A stretch of 64,000 bases of DNA, from assembly GCF_009914755.1 (NCBI RefSeq), contig NC_060940.1; one strand, given 5' to 3'. The translations under genes were made by a program, and so were the position numbers. The first letter of the stretch is position 1. Every line of letters begins with the position of its first letter. Origin of the DNA: the human T2T-CHM13v2.0 reference genome, Homo sapiens. The notes beneath the pieces are model-generated. The model had not been told where the DNA came from. It ran no database searches and was given only the letters and a program-made list of their open reading frames with translations. Below, piece by piece: positions 26,241-44,069 of the stretch.

Positions 26241-26449
26241 AGACTCGCTTCCCATTGAGCTTCCCATCACTGGGACTGTTGAAGCAAAGGTTTCACAATC
26301 TGACTTGAATTGGGCTCAGGACACATTGAGCAACCCCGATCGGTGGCTCACCTGCAAGTCAAGCCTATGACCAGAGCTTCTTCATGCCTTAAGTGACGAT
26401 TGTGCCCTCTTGGTTGGTCATGGCTGCAGTGTGATGAGGTGAGGAAAGA

Positions 26450-26590
26450 GAACAACTGTGGGTCCTGTCTCACTGTGTGATCTTAGGAAGGTTATTAGGT
26501 CTCTCTGTGCTTCCATTTTCCTCATTGGTAAAATGGGCTTAATCGTTGTCTCTACTTCATGGGGCAGTAGTGAAGATTCCATGAACAACC
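26450..26590 (+). mobile_element. MIR SINE
   Basis: CTGTGTGATCTTAGGAAGGTTA...TTTCCTCATTGGTAAAATGGG. Confidence 0.75.
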
Positions 26591-27599
26591 AGTATTCCAG
26601 GCCCCTTCTGTGGGCAACACTCTGTAAATGGAAGCTTCCAGAATTGCTGTTTGTAGAAAGAACCTCATGTTGACAGTCATACTTGGGTTTGAACTTCAGG
26701 ACTTGTTAGTTCTAACATCTTAGGCAGTTTTCTGAAACACTCGTGAATCTCAGTTTCTTCACCTTTACCACTGTGGATCACACTGTGTGTAGGACAAGGA
26801 TGCAGAAATGTCTGAGCATATCATGTCTCTCTTCTCGTAGAACCTGCTTTTCCCCTGAGCTGCCTGGCTGCCTTCAAAACCCTCGAGTGATCAAGAAATA
26901 ACTGCTTCCCATCAAAAGATTGCATGTTGCTGCTACCTGTGTTTAGAGGCAGTTGGTGATGTTCACACGAGCACCTGAATGTGAAAAGCCATGGTGTCTC
27001 CTAGTATTCCATGCATCCCGAGGGGCACAATTAGTGTAAGAATGCCTCGTCACCTTCTAAATCCCAATCAGGTTCCCCATGCCCCACTCTGAGGTGGAGC
27101 TAAATGCAGATTAAGAAACCAAAAATGCCCCCAAAGCTGGGAGCCTTCCACAGGGGCTCTGGAGGGTCTCACTTCTCAGGAAACCCCTTCCTCTGTTGGC
27201 CCAGATTAAGCCTGGGAGTCCAGAGACCAGGGTTCCCTGTCAACCTATCAGGCTCCTCTGCTGGAGAGAAAGGATGTTTCCAGGGCCTTGCTTGCCTGAT
27301 AGAATGGAGGCATCAAAGGTGCATCCAGAGACAGGACGATCTTGTTTTGCTTTTTCAAGCCTCTTAACGATAACAAGGTCATCACATGGGCTCTGGCATC
27401 CTCTTGGATGGGGAAGGGCAACAGCATCTTGTGGGAATTGTAGAAAGCCCTCAGTGGATCCCTCAAGTTCATTGCCAGGGTTACTCTGCCTCACGCTTCT
27501 TCCCGTCAGCCAATGGGAAGCCCCGCAGGAGACCCCTGGGTGGAAAGAGAGAGGCTACTACTCAAACCTACTCAAAAATCAATGCGGACACCCCCAACT

Positions 27600-27697
27600 T
27601 GTAGCCTGGGTTCAAATTCCAGCTCTATTACTTCCTTCTAGCTGAGTGATGTGGGGCCAGTTACTTAACCTCTCTGAGCTTTGGTTTCCTTATCTGT
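27600..27697 (+). mobile_element. MIR SINE fragment
   Basis: GCCTGGGTTCAAATTCCAGCTCT...GTTACTTAACCTCTCTGAGC. Confidence 0.8.
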
Positions 27698-28444
27698 TTC
27701 CTGCTCCTCAGTTGGTCTGGCCACCTCCTGACTGCCTGATCCCTGCTTCTCTGGGACCACAGCCCTGACCGCTCCCTCTGCAGCCTTGTCTCCTCCTCTG
27801 ACCCTTTGACCCTAGTCAGCTTCTCGCTCTTCCCCCATGTTTCATGTTTGTTCTGGAATCTGCCCTCCCCTTTGTTAAGGCCTCTTCCTCGCCGTCTCTT
27901 CCTATGAATGATCTGCACCTGGTCCTCTTTTCTGCCCGGACCCTGACTGGTACACCTGCCTGCCTTCTACGAGGGTGTGAGGATGATTGTCCTCCAGGAT
28001 CCTCTCCCGGGGCCGCTGCTCTCACCAGTGTTTTCTGGGTTCTGCTGTCTGCAGTGGGGCTAACAGAGCCTCTGCAGGCCTGAGGGCTCCTTTCTTAGAG
28101 ACATGACTTCCCCAGTAAGTTGCTGATTCAGCTGGACCTAACACAGGGCTGGACATGGAGCTGGTGCCGGGAAACTGCTGGGTGGTCAGATGATGTGCTT
28201 CTTGTGGACACTGACCTTTTAGACAGATGCTTTGCAGCCTGGTCTGTAACCGAGCTGCCCCTTCACCTCCCACAGCTGCTGGGCTTTGGGGGTTCCCTAT
28301 TTGCAGCTGTCCCAGGAGTGTGTTCTGGGGGATGAAGGCAGTCTCCCACCATTGATACTGAGCCCTGGAGGGCAGAGAGGCCCCCCTTGCACCTCTCCCT
28401 TGGAGGGGAGGGTCTCTCCATCCCCCTCTTCTCAGCCTTCTCCA

Positions 28445-29180
<736 letters not shown>

Positions 29181-32100
29181 TAGCTTCACAAGCAATAGGT
29201 AGAAGAAAGAACATGTCCTCGCATTTAAATACTGGCTGCAGGATCCTGAGGGAGTGATGTAAACTTTCTATCCTCGGTTTGCTCACCTATAAAATGGGCG
29301 CAGGAGCACCTGTTCAGGGAAGATTGGACTCCAGAGAAGAGTGACTGCGCTGGTATTTTCTGAGCATTTACTATGTGGCAAATACTAAAGTGGATCTTGG
29401 GTCCTCAGAGGATATGGGAGGCGATGCAGGAAAGGTGCTGGGTGGCACCCGGCAGGTGTTCAGATTGTGACATCATCTATCACCTGTGTCATTGATCATC
29501 ATCATTAGATCATCGGCTCCTTGATAATTTGGGAGGTAACAAACAAATAATTGATGTCATCCCAGTTACCATGCAGAGTCAGAAATAAAAGCATCTTCCC
29601 AGTAAAAATAGTCACCAGGATGTGAAGAGCTCAGGGACTGCAAGGGGCTCTTATTGATGGTTCTTTTTTATCATTAATATTTAACTTAAAAATAAGAGAA
29701 AAACAACAAAATTTCCCCTGCCAACTTCTGGTATTATCACATGATGTTGAAAGGAAATTAGGTTTGACATAAAAGTGCTTAAACACTTTCACATTATTTG
29801 CCAAAATAGCAGAATAATCCAACATAAAACGTGCAAGGCTTTGTAGAAAGTGACTAGTGCTTTACCTGACACAAAAGAGACCACAAACATTTTGGGGAAA
29901 GAAAGCAATGAAAATGGTGTTTAGGATCCTGAGATTTGCATGTGAGGCTCTGCTGGGCCAGAGCCCAGACAAGTCACTGCGTGGCTTCCAGCCTCAGTGT
30001 CTTCATTTGAAAAACAAGGTTTTCCTGATACTCTGTGTGTACTCACAGGGTGGCTGGGATGATCAGCAGGGTCATTTCTATTAAAAACCTCTTGGCGCCG
30101 TGTCATTTTCCAGGAATGCAGCTCTGTGTGGTGGGAACGGGGATTGAGAAGGCCCCATGTCAGCTTGCAGGGTTTCCGGGCTAGAGGACCCCCCAGCGTT
30201 ATTCTCAACAATCTCACCTACTAGGGATTATGCCTTCTGGGGAGAGCAGGCTCACATACTGGCAGCCCAAGAGACCCATTTCCCCATCTTAAGGGAGGCA
30301 GGGATGGACCCTTGCTGTGGGCTGGGGGTGGGTGATGGGCCAAGGGTGGGTTCAGGACCCTCACTGCTGGGGAGGGGTTGGGGTTGCTCCCCTTCTTTGA
30401 GGAGAGCTGTCTGGGCGAGGCACTTAGTTTAGAAGTTTCCATCTCTTCCCCACCTCCTCTTTAAAATGAAGACATTTGGGAGCACAGAAACTTCAGACAG
30501 AAGAGTGTAGGGTTCATCTGTTCAGCCCTCTCAGCTTGCAAATGAGGCCACTGAAGTCCAGAAACATCTGCCGAGAAGCGTAGCTGGCAGGTAGCATTGG
30601 GAAGAGGGAGGCTTTTCACCTGCAGAGGTGACAACAGAACAAAACTTTCACGGAGGCCATGGTAGCTTCAGAGGGGAAATTTCAATTACAGCAAGAAAAT
30701 GCATTCATTTCTATGCATTTGGGTCGATGGATTTGCCCATTGAAACCTATTTGAAAAATACATATATTTTAAAATGACATTAAGATTATTTGGAGTTAAA
30801 ATAAACCTTGGTAAATATTTTCATGCTCTCTTTTTACCCTGCCGCAAATAAAATATAATGAGCCCGACGTTTAGATATTCTTCTGATTTTTCTCAGTAGA
30901 CATTTTAGATAAAAGACAAAGAGTTTCTTATTTTTGGGTTCATAAAACAGTCTACATTTATGGCTTCATTTTTCTGAAATCCAGATCAAAGACTGGCTGT
31001 GAAATTTTACTGTCCCACAGCTCACGGGTCTGTTGACTTAGTGCCTACTTCAAAAATCCCCTTCTTCCCTCCAGACCCTCTGACCACCTCATTTGAAAAA
31101 AAAGGATATTTGCATTTGATACTATTCAGGACCTGCGAGATGTCGGCTGACGGGGTGGGATGGGGGGAGCTGAAACAACATTTTCCTGGGCTCTAATTAG
31201 AAGAATTAACCTTATTCATGGCAGGCCCCTCTGCACATGCCCCTGCTCTGCCACATGCCTGATGCGCTTGTGCTGAACGCAAAGGCAGTGGTTCCTTAAT
31301 GGACTTGCTGTCCCCACCAGCGTTCATTAGATGCCTGCATGATCTTTGTTTATATTAATCCCCAAAGAACTAAGCTTCATTTCATTTTATTTGGGAGAGA
31401 AACCCAGCAGAGAAAAGTTCAGGAGACCCAAATGCTTCCATAATTGCCTTGAGTTCTGAATGTATTTCAGGCTGACAGCTAAGATAAAAAGCCCCTTGCG
31501 GTCGAGTGTTGGGAATCATTTTTCAGTGCTGTGTGTGGGAAATTGAGCATGGACCATCACCGGGGTAGTTCAGGGAGCCTGGAGTCTTGCAGGCTGCAGT
31601 GTGGGGGCCCCGCCTGCCACTTTAAATCATCCCCGCATTTCCAGCCTGGGCATTGATCCCTCCCGATGAGCAACACAACGTTTGAAACAAATTTGGAGAG
31701 AAACAAGTAGGAGGTGACTGGCCTATTGTTTCTCTCTAATTTCGTGTTTCTTAAATTGCCCTAATTTTCTTATTCCACCCACTTGGATAATTCCTGGTTT
31801 TAGTGGTGACGGAAATGAACAGGGGCCAGAATACTACAAGCTATTCCCATGATGATTCCAGCTGAGACCACAGGCCAAACTGTGGATGTGTCATGAGAAA
31901 AGCCGGGTCTTGCCCCATCTTCCCGGCTGCAGCAGCTCCTGGGAAGCTTGGCCCTGCTGGTTTCCTCCTGGTCCCACGACAGGGTGGAGGTGCTCAGATT
32001 GGTTCTTTGGCAGGGTCTCAATTTCCTACCTCGGTTTTTTTCCTTTCTGAATAATGGGCAAATTTTGCCTTGTCCCTTCTCATAATTCTAAAATTCTCTG

Positions 32101-32431
32101 CAATAATTTCAATATGGCTGTGAAACACCCTGGAACTCGAAAGCCTTAAAGCAGCAGGAATAGTCCCACAGAAGGTCTTCAAATTCCCAGGGACTCCAAG
32201 GCCACCTGATCACGCATCTACATTTCTCTAGTTGCCTTGGAAGACATTCCCTGGTGTTTGGTTTGGGGGAACATTTCGGGAAGTATGTAGAGCTGCAATT
32301 CACAAATGTTTTGGCCTCAAAACTCTTTTACAATCTTAATTATTAGGAGCTTTTCCCTATGTGGGTTATATCTATTGATATTCACTGGTTGAAACTTTCA
32401 GAACTTTTAATTTAATTGAAAACAACAGTAA

Positions 32432-33357
<926 letters not shown>

Positions 33358-33499
33358 TCTGATAACCTAAATAATACTTTTAAAAGTGAAAAATATGATC
33401 CAAAATAAAAAAATCAGTGAGAAGAGTAATATTATTTTACATTTTTGCAAATCTCTTTAATGTCAGGTTTAATAGAGAATAGCTTAATTAAAAAAAATC

Positions 33500-34389
<890 letters not shown>

Positions 34390-34420
34390 GAGGGCTGAAT
34401 TTCCGTACTTGCCTCTGACT

Positions 34421-35025
34421 TCAGTCTGTTGCAATAGATTTTGATTGATGTACATGAAGAAAATCAAGCTCATGCAGATATGTAATTGGCAAAGGGATGA
34501 GTATTGTGATAGACTTTTCCAGATAATTGTGGCTGTTCTTCTTGATACTAGACCAAAACTCAACAAGTGGCAGTTTCTTAAAGGTGAGCGGCAATGTGGA
34601 AATCTGAAACCACATCAATGAACACTTCATCTTCTCTTTCATTAGAATTCGCTGGCCCATCTGCACTCTAAATGGATCTTTTACCAGAGGATGGTTTTGT
34701 CACATCATGCGCTGGTCATCTGGAAAATATTGGTTTGCTTAGCTATTAAAGTCCTACAAATGTTGGCATATTTGACAATACAATATTTTAAAAATCACAT
34801 TCATGAATTATTGCCACTAATCTCACTGGAAAAGTCTTTGAGAACTGGGAATCTGTTAAGCTTGCCATGGCAAATACACGTTTTTTAACATTCTCATTTT
34901 TACTTGAATGTTCAAATTTTATCATTGGCAACCAGTTGTCTATTGTTTTCCTTGAAAGTGACAGGCTCACTTTGTTCATTTTCGAGAAAGTGTCTGCCAC
35001 CTACCTAAGCCTGAATAACCATGAT
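34421..35025 (-). pseudogene. Fossil hAT transposase coding remnant (stops and frameshifts)
   Basis: WLFRLR*VADTFSKMNKVSLSL[fs]QGK matches the WL..L.YL.DIF.KLN.L.LSLQG motif; LVEFWSSIK...EKSITILIPLPITYLHE matches the hATC dimerisation motif FW...KA..ILLPF.TTYLCE. Confidence 0.8.
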
Positions 35026-35276
35026 TTGTCTGTCGAGTGTTGTTGCAAGTAAAAATGATGTTCCGTTCTTTTTTTAAAAAAGGCTTGTTGAGTCTAGGAC
35101 TCAGACAACTTCACAATGACTTTTCCTTGACGCAGCCACTGTGCTTCAGCACACAGCCAAAGTGTCATATGAGCTTTCCGTTTATCACATAGACTATGAA
35201 AAAGACATATACCCAAGGATGATTGAATAAAACTAACACTGTTGATAAATAATAAACAGTCTTATAAAGAAAGACT

Positions 35277-35936
<660 letters not shown>

Positions 35937-37473
35937 AGTGGGTTTTAAATCTTTAATGTGAGTTTGTGGCAGGGAAGAATACCCTGACCGTAGTCCGGTT
36001 GGTGTCACTGCCCTTCTTCCTCTCAAAGCACCAGCAGTGTAAAGACCACCACTGTAAAGAAGGTGAATCATGCTTTAGTATCATTGTGAATACAGTTTTG
36101 ACCTCTCAGACCCATTGAAAGGGTCCCGGGGCCTTCCCTTGCCAGTGGAGCACACTGAGCAATGCTAACTGAAGTAGAGCTCACTTGGATGCTCACCAGA
36201 AACCTGCCTTGCCTCCCAGTTTATGAACAAACAGTACGTGTTCCAGTACTTAGTGTGACTGCAGAGCCAGGGACACTGGATTTATTCTAATCTGTGAGGT
36301 TTACTGAACACGTACCGTGTGCCAGGTGCTATTTCTAGGCACATGGTAAACAGGTAAACAAAACAGCCTGGGACAGAAGATGGGTGGGCTCGAGTGCTGG
36401 CTCTTCCTCTTAGCGGCTGGAGACCCACAGGAAGGACCATTTTTCACTACTAGAGCTGGCATTCTCTGAGTTCCCTCTATGTGCTGCACACCATGCCAAG
36501 TGCCTTATCTGTTTATTCGTCCCTTCCTCCCTCCCGCCTTCATCTTTCTACCTGCCCACCTAGCACGGGTGTATTTAGCACCTACTGTGTGAAGGCCGGG
36601 GCTGGGAGCCTGCAGTAAGCCTGTCAGCCAGTCTCTGCCACAGATGCTTCTGGTCCAGCAAAGGAGCCGAGCACCAATCAAGTCACCTCCCTTCTCAATG
36701 TGGTCAGATCAATGCCAGGGAATCAAGGGAAGTATGAGGCCTGTCAAGGGGGGCGGTTAAGGAAAGCAGAGGACGCTTCCCTGGAAGAGCCAGGTGAAGA
36801 ACACTGGGCTGAGGCAGGAAGGAGCCTGGTGCAGTTGAGGTTGAGCACGGTGGGGCTGGATGGGCCACAGGGGACATCCACCCTTCACAATGTGGGCAGT
36901 AGCACTTGTTTCCTTTCTCCTATTGGGAAGCCATGTGATGATCTTGGGTAGAACTCTGGTCCAGCCTGTAGCCACCCCTGCTGCTCTGTTGGGAAACAGC
37001 AGGTGGAGGCTGTGGCAGGAAGACATCTTCAGCATCTTGTCTTGAGTGACTTTAGCCAGAAATGTCTGCCACCGAGGAGCAGAAGAAGTCTGGGTGGGGT
37101 GGGAGGGCTCTGAATGGCCCAATAAAGGGGCCACCCTGGGCTATCCTTCTGGGGTTAATCTCATGTTTTCCTCTGGAGCTAGTTCTTGTGCCCTATCTCA
37201 AAGCCATAGGTCAGGAAGTCCTGTCCCTTCTAGGAAAAGTGAGAAACTGGAGCTCGAGGGAGAGGAGGAGCCAAGAGGCAGAGGACATCCAGCCACTTCC
37301 CAGGGCATCGACTATGACCTGCACATGCAGGTTCAGCCATTCTACTAGTATTCTGCCATGTTTACCCACTTTTATTGGCCATTATTACATTGAAAGCAGA
37401 GTAAGCGACTCATCTGAGAATGTAATGAAAACCGTGAACACTATCTTCTGAAAAATGCATGCAACATACCAAT

Positions 37474-37682
37474 CTCTATCTATCTGTCTGTCTACCTATC
37501 CATCCGTCTGTCTATCCATCTATATACCCATCCATCCATCCATCCATTCATCCACCCACCCACCCATCCATCCATCCATCCATCCATCCATCCATCCATC
37601 CATCCATTCGTCCATCCATCCTTCCATCCATCCATTCATTAGTCCATCCATCCGTCCATCCATCCATCCATCCATCCATCTA
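37474..37682. repeat. (TCTA)/(TCCA)n microsatellite
   Basis: Directly visible. Confidence 0.95.
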
Positions 37683-40600
37683 CTTATTTTATTTTTGAAG
37701 TGGGTGCTGGGGTCATGGTCCATGAATGCCAGGGTAAGGCAGTCTCACGGAGTCTCCCTTCCTAAATTAAAGACATCATTGGAACTCAGCCTGAGTCTGT
37801 AGTTGAAGTGTATTTTTGTCCTTCCCTGCCGTTTGAAGGCTGGCATGTGGCAAGGGCATCTTTTCTATTGCATTGTATTGTTTCTTGTGTCTGGAAAGAA
37901 TTCTGCTCTCCCTCTTCTGTGGAAATGACAGTTGGGTATAAAAGCTTCTACACCTGAAACTACAGACTTGAGTTTCCTTTCCAATTCAGATTCAATGCAG
38001 GCATAATCTCTGGCTCTTTTGCTGGACTGTCAGTTCTTACTTGTATGTCACGACTGGTGGATTATTGAGAGGAATTTGCTTTTAAAGAAGCACATGAGCC
38101 TAGTGACCACAGCTTAAATTCTGGGCTACACGTATGCTGAACAGCCTGTGCACCATCCTAGGATGCCTGGTGAAGGCAGAAGCTAGACTCCAACCCCCCT
38201 GCTGCTTGCCATGCCACTTCCACCAGACAGGGCACTATTTTCTGATTCACACGAAAGTACACAGCTTGGGGAGGGTGGTAGTGTCCTGCCCATGTGCCTG
38301 AAGAACTTCCAGAAGGCCAGTAGGGCTTCTTCCCGCATCACTTGAGCTAAGCTGCAACCATGTCCCCCAAGTCCCCTCTCCTGTATAATTACAGGTTAGT
38401 GTGGTCCACAAGACACATTTTGTGCAAGATTTGAAAGGCAGAGGAGCAGTCACATTCTTCCTGCTTGGAAGGTCCACACAGGACGCCAGGTGCTACATCC
38501 GGCAGCTCGTGCATGCCACCTGCCCTGCAGACTCAGCTAGGTGGCTTGGGGCGGCCACCGCCCTAAGCCTCTTTTCTCACCTGACTCCAGGGGGTAGGGA
38601 TCTGTCCTGTGCAAGAAGGAATGGAATCGTTGCTTGTCAAGCACCCATTCTATTCCAGTTCTGCCTCTATGCACCCATAAACCTCTGTGCCTAAGTGGTT
38701 TACTGCTTAACTCTTTAACTCTTTTCAGCATTCCTCTGTTGATTAATCGATCACCTAAAATAACCAAACACCACATGAAGCACGGAGAAATTCTGAAGTT
38801 GGCTAAGACCATTTCCTGACTCCAAGAGGACACCTGGCATAGAAGGAGGCTGGGAGGGGAGTGCCAGGCCTTGGCAGGCACACAGCTCGGCCCTTCACTG
38901 AACATGTTTCTGTGCAGTAGTAAGCCAGATTTGTGAAATGGTTCTTGCTTACGAAGCACCTCTTGACTCATGAATATTTTGAACATATGACAGTAAGTTA
39001 AAGACACTTGAAGTCCTATAGTAAAGAAGCTTGTTCACCCTAGCATCTTCCAAACTTATTTGACCACAAACTCTTTATTTCATGAAATACCTCTTAGCAT
39101 CGTGAGTACCTGTATGAATGCCATCTAGGGACGCAGACCTTGTTCTCATAGAGTTCTCCTCCTTAATGGCCAGGTTGTCCTGAACAAATGTCACCATCTG
39201 TGGACAGTGGGGACAATGGTACCTCTTCTTGCCCCAAGGTCATACCATTTCCTTCTTATAGCAATCTTGTGGGGTGAATATCATTGAGCCTGTTGTATAG
39301 CTGAGGCGACCGTTTAGAGAGGGTATGAAACTTAACTCATCTGGTTTATGGTGGAGCCAAGACTCAAAGCAGGTCTGACTGATAGACACAAGCCCGTGGT
39401 CTTCTCCATACCATACTGCCTGATGGTCAGGGCCAACTTGTTTTGTTTGTTTTTATTTTTTATTTTTGCGTTTACTCATGTTGCATTCTTCTTTGCTCTT
39501 TACTTAATTTCTGACCTCCTGATCCTCATTCCCAGCTGGACTGTCAGTCCCCAGAGGGCACAGATGACTTATAAGCCAGGTGATGTCTCCTCGGTGCCCA
39601 GCTGTGCCTAATCCATGGTGTGTGCTCCAAGTTCACTGATCAAATGCACGAGTCTATGTTGTTTTTATTTTCCAGTCAAATGCTCAACTCCTGGTTTTCC
39701 AAATATCTGTGCTGAGCCTTGGGGGCCGGGACAGTAGACCTGGCATGCTAGTTGCTTTTCTGATCTCCCTTAAGAACGTTGCCTAGCATTAAACCTGCCC
39801 TGTCTACACGCGTAATGCTATGTTTCCCTGCTGCAACCTATGCAGAAGACATAATCCAGAAGTCCTGCTGTTGTCTGATCCACCAGAAAAGGAAAATGTG
39901 TTTCTCCTGCATAGAGTTGCAGAGCGGATCTGAATCATTTAGACAGGCAGGCTCCGTGGATGTAATGCTGAAGGAAAGGGTCAATGCATTACTTGACTTC
40001 CTGAAGAACTCCTTGGAAATCTGATTCTGTTCATTTGTTTGCACGAATTGATTGGGCGTCTGCCATGTGCTCAGCACTGTGAGCCACTCCAGAGATGTTA
40101 AGACCCCAGCCCTTGAGTACGCTTGAATCTATTGTGAATCTATTTAATCAAAGTTTCTTCACTGCCAGGGTTTCCATAGCATCAAAAAAAGTCAGAGAGC
40201 TGATTCACTATTATGATTATTTCACCCCAAACCTGCTTTCTATCAAATCATTTGTGTTTTCTAATCTACAACAATATGTATGCTGATGCTTTTCTTTTTC
40301 AGAGGGTTTTTGTGAGCTTTCAAGAGGGTAAAAAAAGAACTCAGCAAAATGAATAGTAATTTCAGGAATTTCCAGAGTAAATGAGGCTTTGAGCAGAGCC
40401 TATGATCTGTGTGCATAATTCATTAAAAACGAATCACTCTGCAAAACTGGGCAAACCAAGATTTATCCTCAGACTAACTCTGCGTGCCATGTGGTGGCTG
40501 TGTCATCCGTGGAGGCTGCTAATGAAGCTCTTTCTATAAATTTGAGAGTAAACAGATTCGGACAACTTTATTAGCTGGGAAAGCAGCAGCGACTATCTCT

Positions 40601-40809
40601 GCCCAAATCACACAGACCCTTACAGTTCAATTTGGAGAAAATTATTCTTCTAAGGATATGTGTGTGTGTGTGGTGTGTGTGTGTATATGTGGATCATGTA
40701 CAATTATTTTGCATGATTACAAAGTTACAGAGACACAAACTCCATGTTGTAAATAACTAATCTGTTTCAAGTAAGGGACAAACTAAGAAAACAGAAATAA
40801 TCATAATTG

Positions 40810-41150
40810 GGCCAGGCACGTTGGCTCACACCTGTCACCCCAGCAGTTTGGGAGGCTGAGGTGGGCAGATCACCTGAGGTCAGGAGTTCAAGGCCAGCCT
40901 GGTCAACATGTTGAAACCCCATCTCTGCTAAAAATACAAACCTTAGCCAGGCATGGTGGCAGGTGCCTGTAATCCTAGCTACTCAGAAGGCAGGCATGAG
41001 AATGGCTTGAACCCAGGAGGTGGAGGTTGCAGTGAGCCGAGATGGCACCATTCCACTGCAGCCTGGGTGACAGAGTGAGGCCCTATCTCAATGAAAAAAA
41101 AAAAAAAGAAAGAAGGAAGAAAAGAAAGAAAGAAAAGAAAGAAAGAAAGA
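40810..41150 (+). mobile_element. AluSx-like SINE with (GAAA)n tail
   Basis: GGCCAGGCACG...GATCACCTGAGGTCAGGAGTTC. Confidence 0.95.
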
Positions 41151-42959
41151 CGTGCTTGCTCTATGGGCAGACTATAACACAGGAAGCCCTTTTCTATGCC
41201 TTGTGTCTCGTAACCTCTCCAGCAACCTTATAAGATACTCACCTGAGGCTTACAGAGGTGAAGGGGTTTTTCACCTTACTCATCTTGTAAGTGGCAGACT
41301 GAGAATTTAAACTCATTTTTGAGTCCAAAGTCTGTGCTCTTAAAAATTGCATATGGATTCAGAAATCTGCGAAATTATTTTAAAGAAAATTAAACTGGAA
41401 AGCATCCTTTTCCTACCAATTTGAATGTAAAAACATCAGATGATTGAAGAAAGAGAAAACTGGACCCACATCATCTAGATTAGATGTGGACAATGCCCAT
41501 ATTCAGGAAAGGTTGCCAATCTTTCATTTTGGCTTTCATAAGATAGATACGACATTTTAAAATTTCTTGTTGTTTCTTTTTTTCTTTTTGTGTGTTTGCT
41601 TGTTTTGTATTTAAAAATCATTGTGCTAGGAGACGACCAATTTCAGTTCAGAATTCTGCCTCAAATACCCTGGCTAACATAGTTCTAGATTGTTAATGTG
41701 CAGGATTGTTAATGTTAATTCTGCAGGAAGAAGAAGCACAGTCGCTTTATCTGCACCAAGATCCTCATCTGGCATTGGGTCAAGATCACTGGGATGATTT
41801 CAAGACTGGTGTGAAAGTGTCATCTAGCCTTAGTCATTTACAATATGTTATTGCAAGCCCAGTGAAAACAACAACAACTAAATTTCACCCTAAAGCATGT
41901 TCCTGTGCCTGCAGATTAACCATATGGAATTCAAGAAGTAATTTAGAGCTGCCTCGTTTCAGAGGTGATGAGGATGATTTGTGTACGTCAGCGCCCATGC
42001 AAGAGTTCAGTACAGCTCTTGGACAAGTTTTCCCAACTTGTTTTGTTTTGCAACCTGGGACCTTGTTATTCCTTTGTTGGCTTAGTTCTGTTTTCACTGG
42101 ATTTTGAAAGTGGCTGTTGTTTGGCAGCTTTTCACCTTCTGCTCATTGTGAAAGCCAACTTCAGACGCTGAGGTGCCCTCTAAGAAGACTTCCCTGTCAG
42201 GTTCACGGAGAAATTGATCACAGGGTGAGCCCCATCAACTCGTCATTTTCTCCCTGTGGTCTGGATTTTGACAGAAACCTTTGACTTTCTCCTGATGCAT
42301 TTCTACCTTATTGACTCAGGGGAAAAGTACAGAACATATGAGTATTCCGAATGTTTCCAGAGCGATTATGCTCGCTGGCGAGTGATCCCTTCATGTTGCC
42401 ACCACATGGAACGCCACCTGTTCCCCCGCCACGGCCTCTTTGGGGAAAACCAGGAAGGGGATGCAGACACGATGGACATTTCAACACAGCGAACTCAATT
42501 TCAAGAGAAAAGGGCCAAGGACCTTCCGCCCCTCCACGTTTGCCTCTTTATGTTTTTGATCCGTATTGGAGACCATCTGGCCACGTTTCTGTTCTCTGCT
42601 GCTTGTGGGTTGGTTGGCGTTGACTCTGGTCAGAAGGAGAACAGAAAAATCCTCAGGGAAAGTACAGGATGTGACAGAAAACTGAGCTGGTGAATCAGGG
42701 GTGGGCTGGTCCCCATTGTGTCAAAGTGCAAGAGTTCTAGAAGGTTGTGGGCAGGAAATGGCATTGCTGAGTCAGTGGGGAGGACTTTGCTCCATGACTC
42801 ATCCCCCCACGACAGACACACCTTGGGGCACAGACACAGAGGAAACCAAGAAAAGCTTATAGCGGGGTTAATGGGAAAGCTTACTGAGTATTATTGAGTG
42901 GGAAACTCTCCCAAACCCCAGGGCATTTAAGGGAAAAAGATATCTAGAGATGCAGCCTT

Positions 42960-43280
42960 ACGTGGGTTCCCTAGAAGTAGACCCTGAGACAAGGTTGCGT
43001 GTGAAAGGAAGTTACCAGGAAAGTTATCTGCAAAGACAGGTGGAAGAGGAACTGAGAGGAAAAAAGGCAGGAAGCCAAGCCAAGGTGAGGCTTCAAGCAA
43101 AGTCAGCTGAAGATGCCTTTGGCTCAGCCTCTAGGGAGGAAGTCACATCCCAGAGCCAGCCAATCAGAGCCAACAGTTGCAGTATTTGTACCCACAAGAT
43201 CCCCCTGGGGGCTGTAAACTCCCAGGCACTGCTGGCTTTGCGTACTCTCAGGCAGAGTGCCTTCTGAGGGCAGCACCGGA
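42960..43280. mobile_element. Old ERVL-type LTR fragment
   Basis: GGGTTCCCTAGAAGTAGACCCTGAGACAAGG...GGAAGCCAAGCCAAGG. Confidence 0.55.
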
Positions 43281-43374
43281 CAAAACGCCCCAGCACTGGC
43301 CGCCAGGCAGCTGGTGTCCAAACCGGGTCAGGCAAGAGGGCACAGGGGGGTGTTCGGGGCCAGCTCCCTCTGGG

Positions 43375-43531
43375 GTGTGAGCATTGCTTCCCAGCTACAT
43401 GTGTGGAGACAACCATTAATTTAGTTTGATGTCAGCCATGTGGGAGTATTTACACCATGGAAATTGGCAAGTGCCATAATTCGGGGTTTTCTTTTTGAGA
43501 GCTCATTGTTAAACATTTACCAGCATGGCTG
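43375..43531 (+). mobile_element. MER63-like hAT-Blackjack element
   Basis: GTGGGAGTATTTACACCATGGAAATTGGCAA...TTGTTAAACATTTACCAGCA. Confidence 0.8.
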
Positions 43532-43561
43532 GAACACTGACAATGTTTGGTACAGACTCAT

Positions 43562-44046
<485 letters not shown>

Positions 44047-44069
44047 ATGCATGCTTTAACAAGAGGAAA

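Noticed and set aside
34421-35025. Possible domesticated hAT transposase (ZBED/SCAND3-like) gene
   Set aside because: In-frame stop, frameshifts and multiple TE interruptions indicate neutral decay
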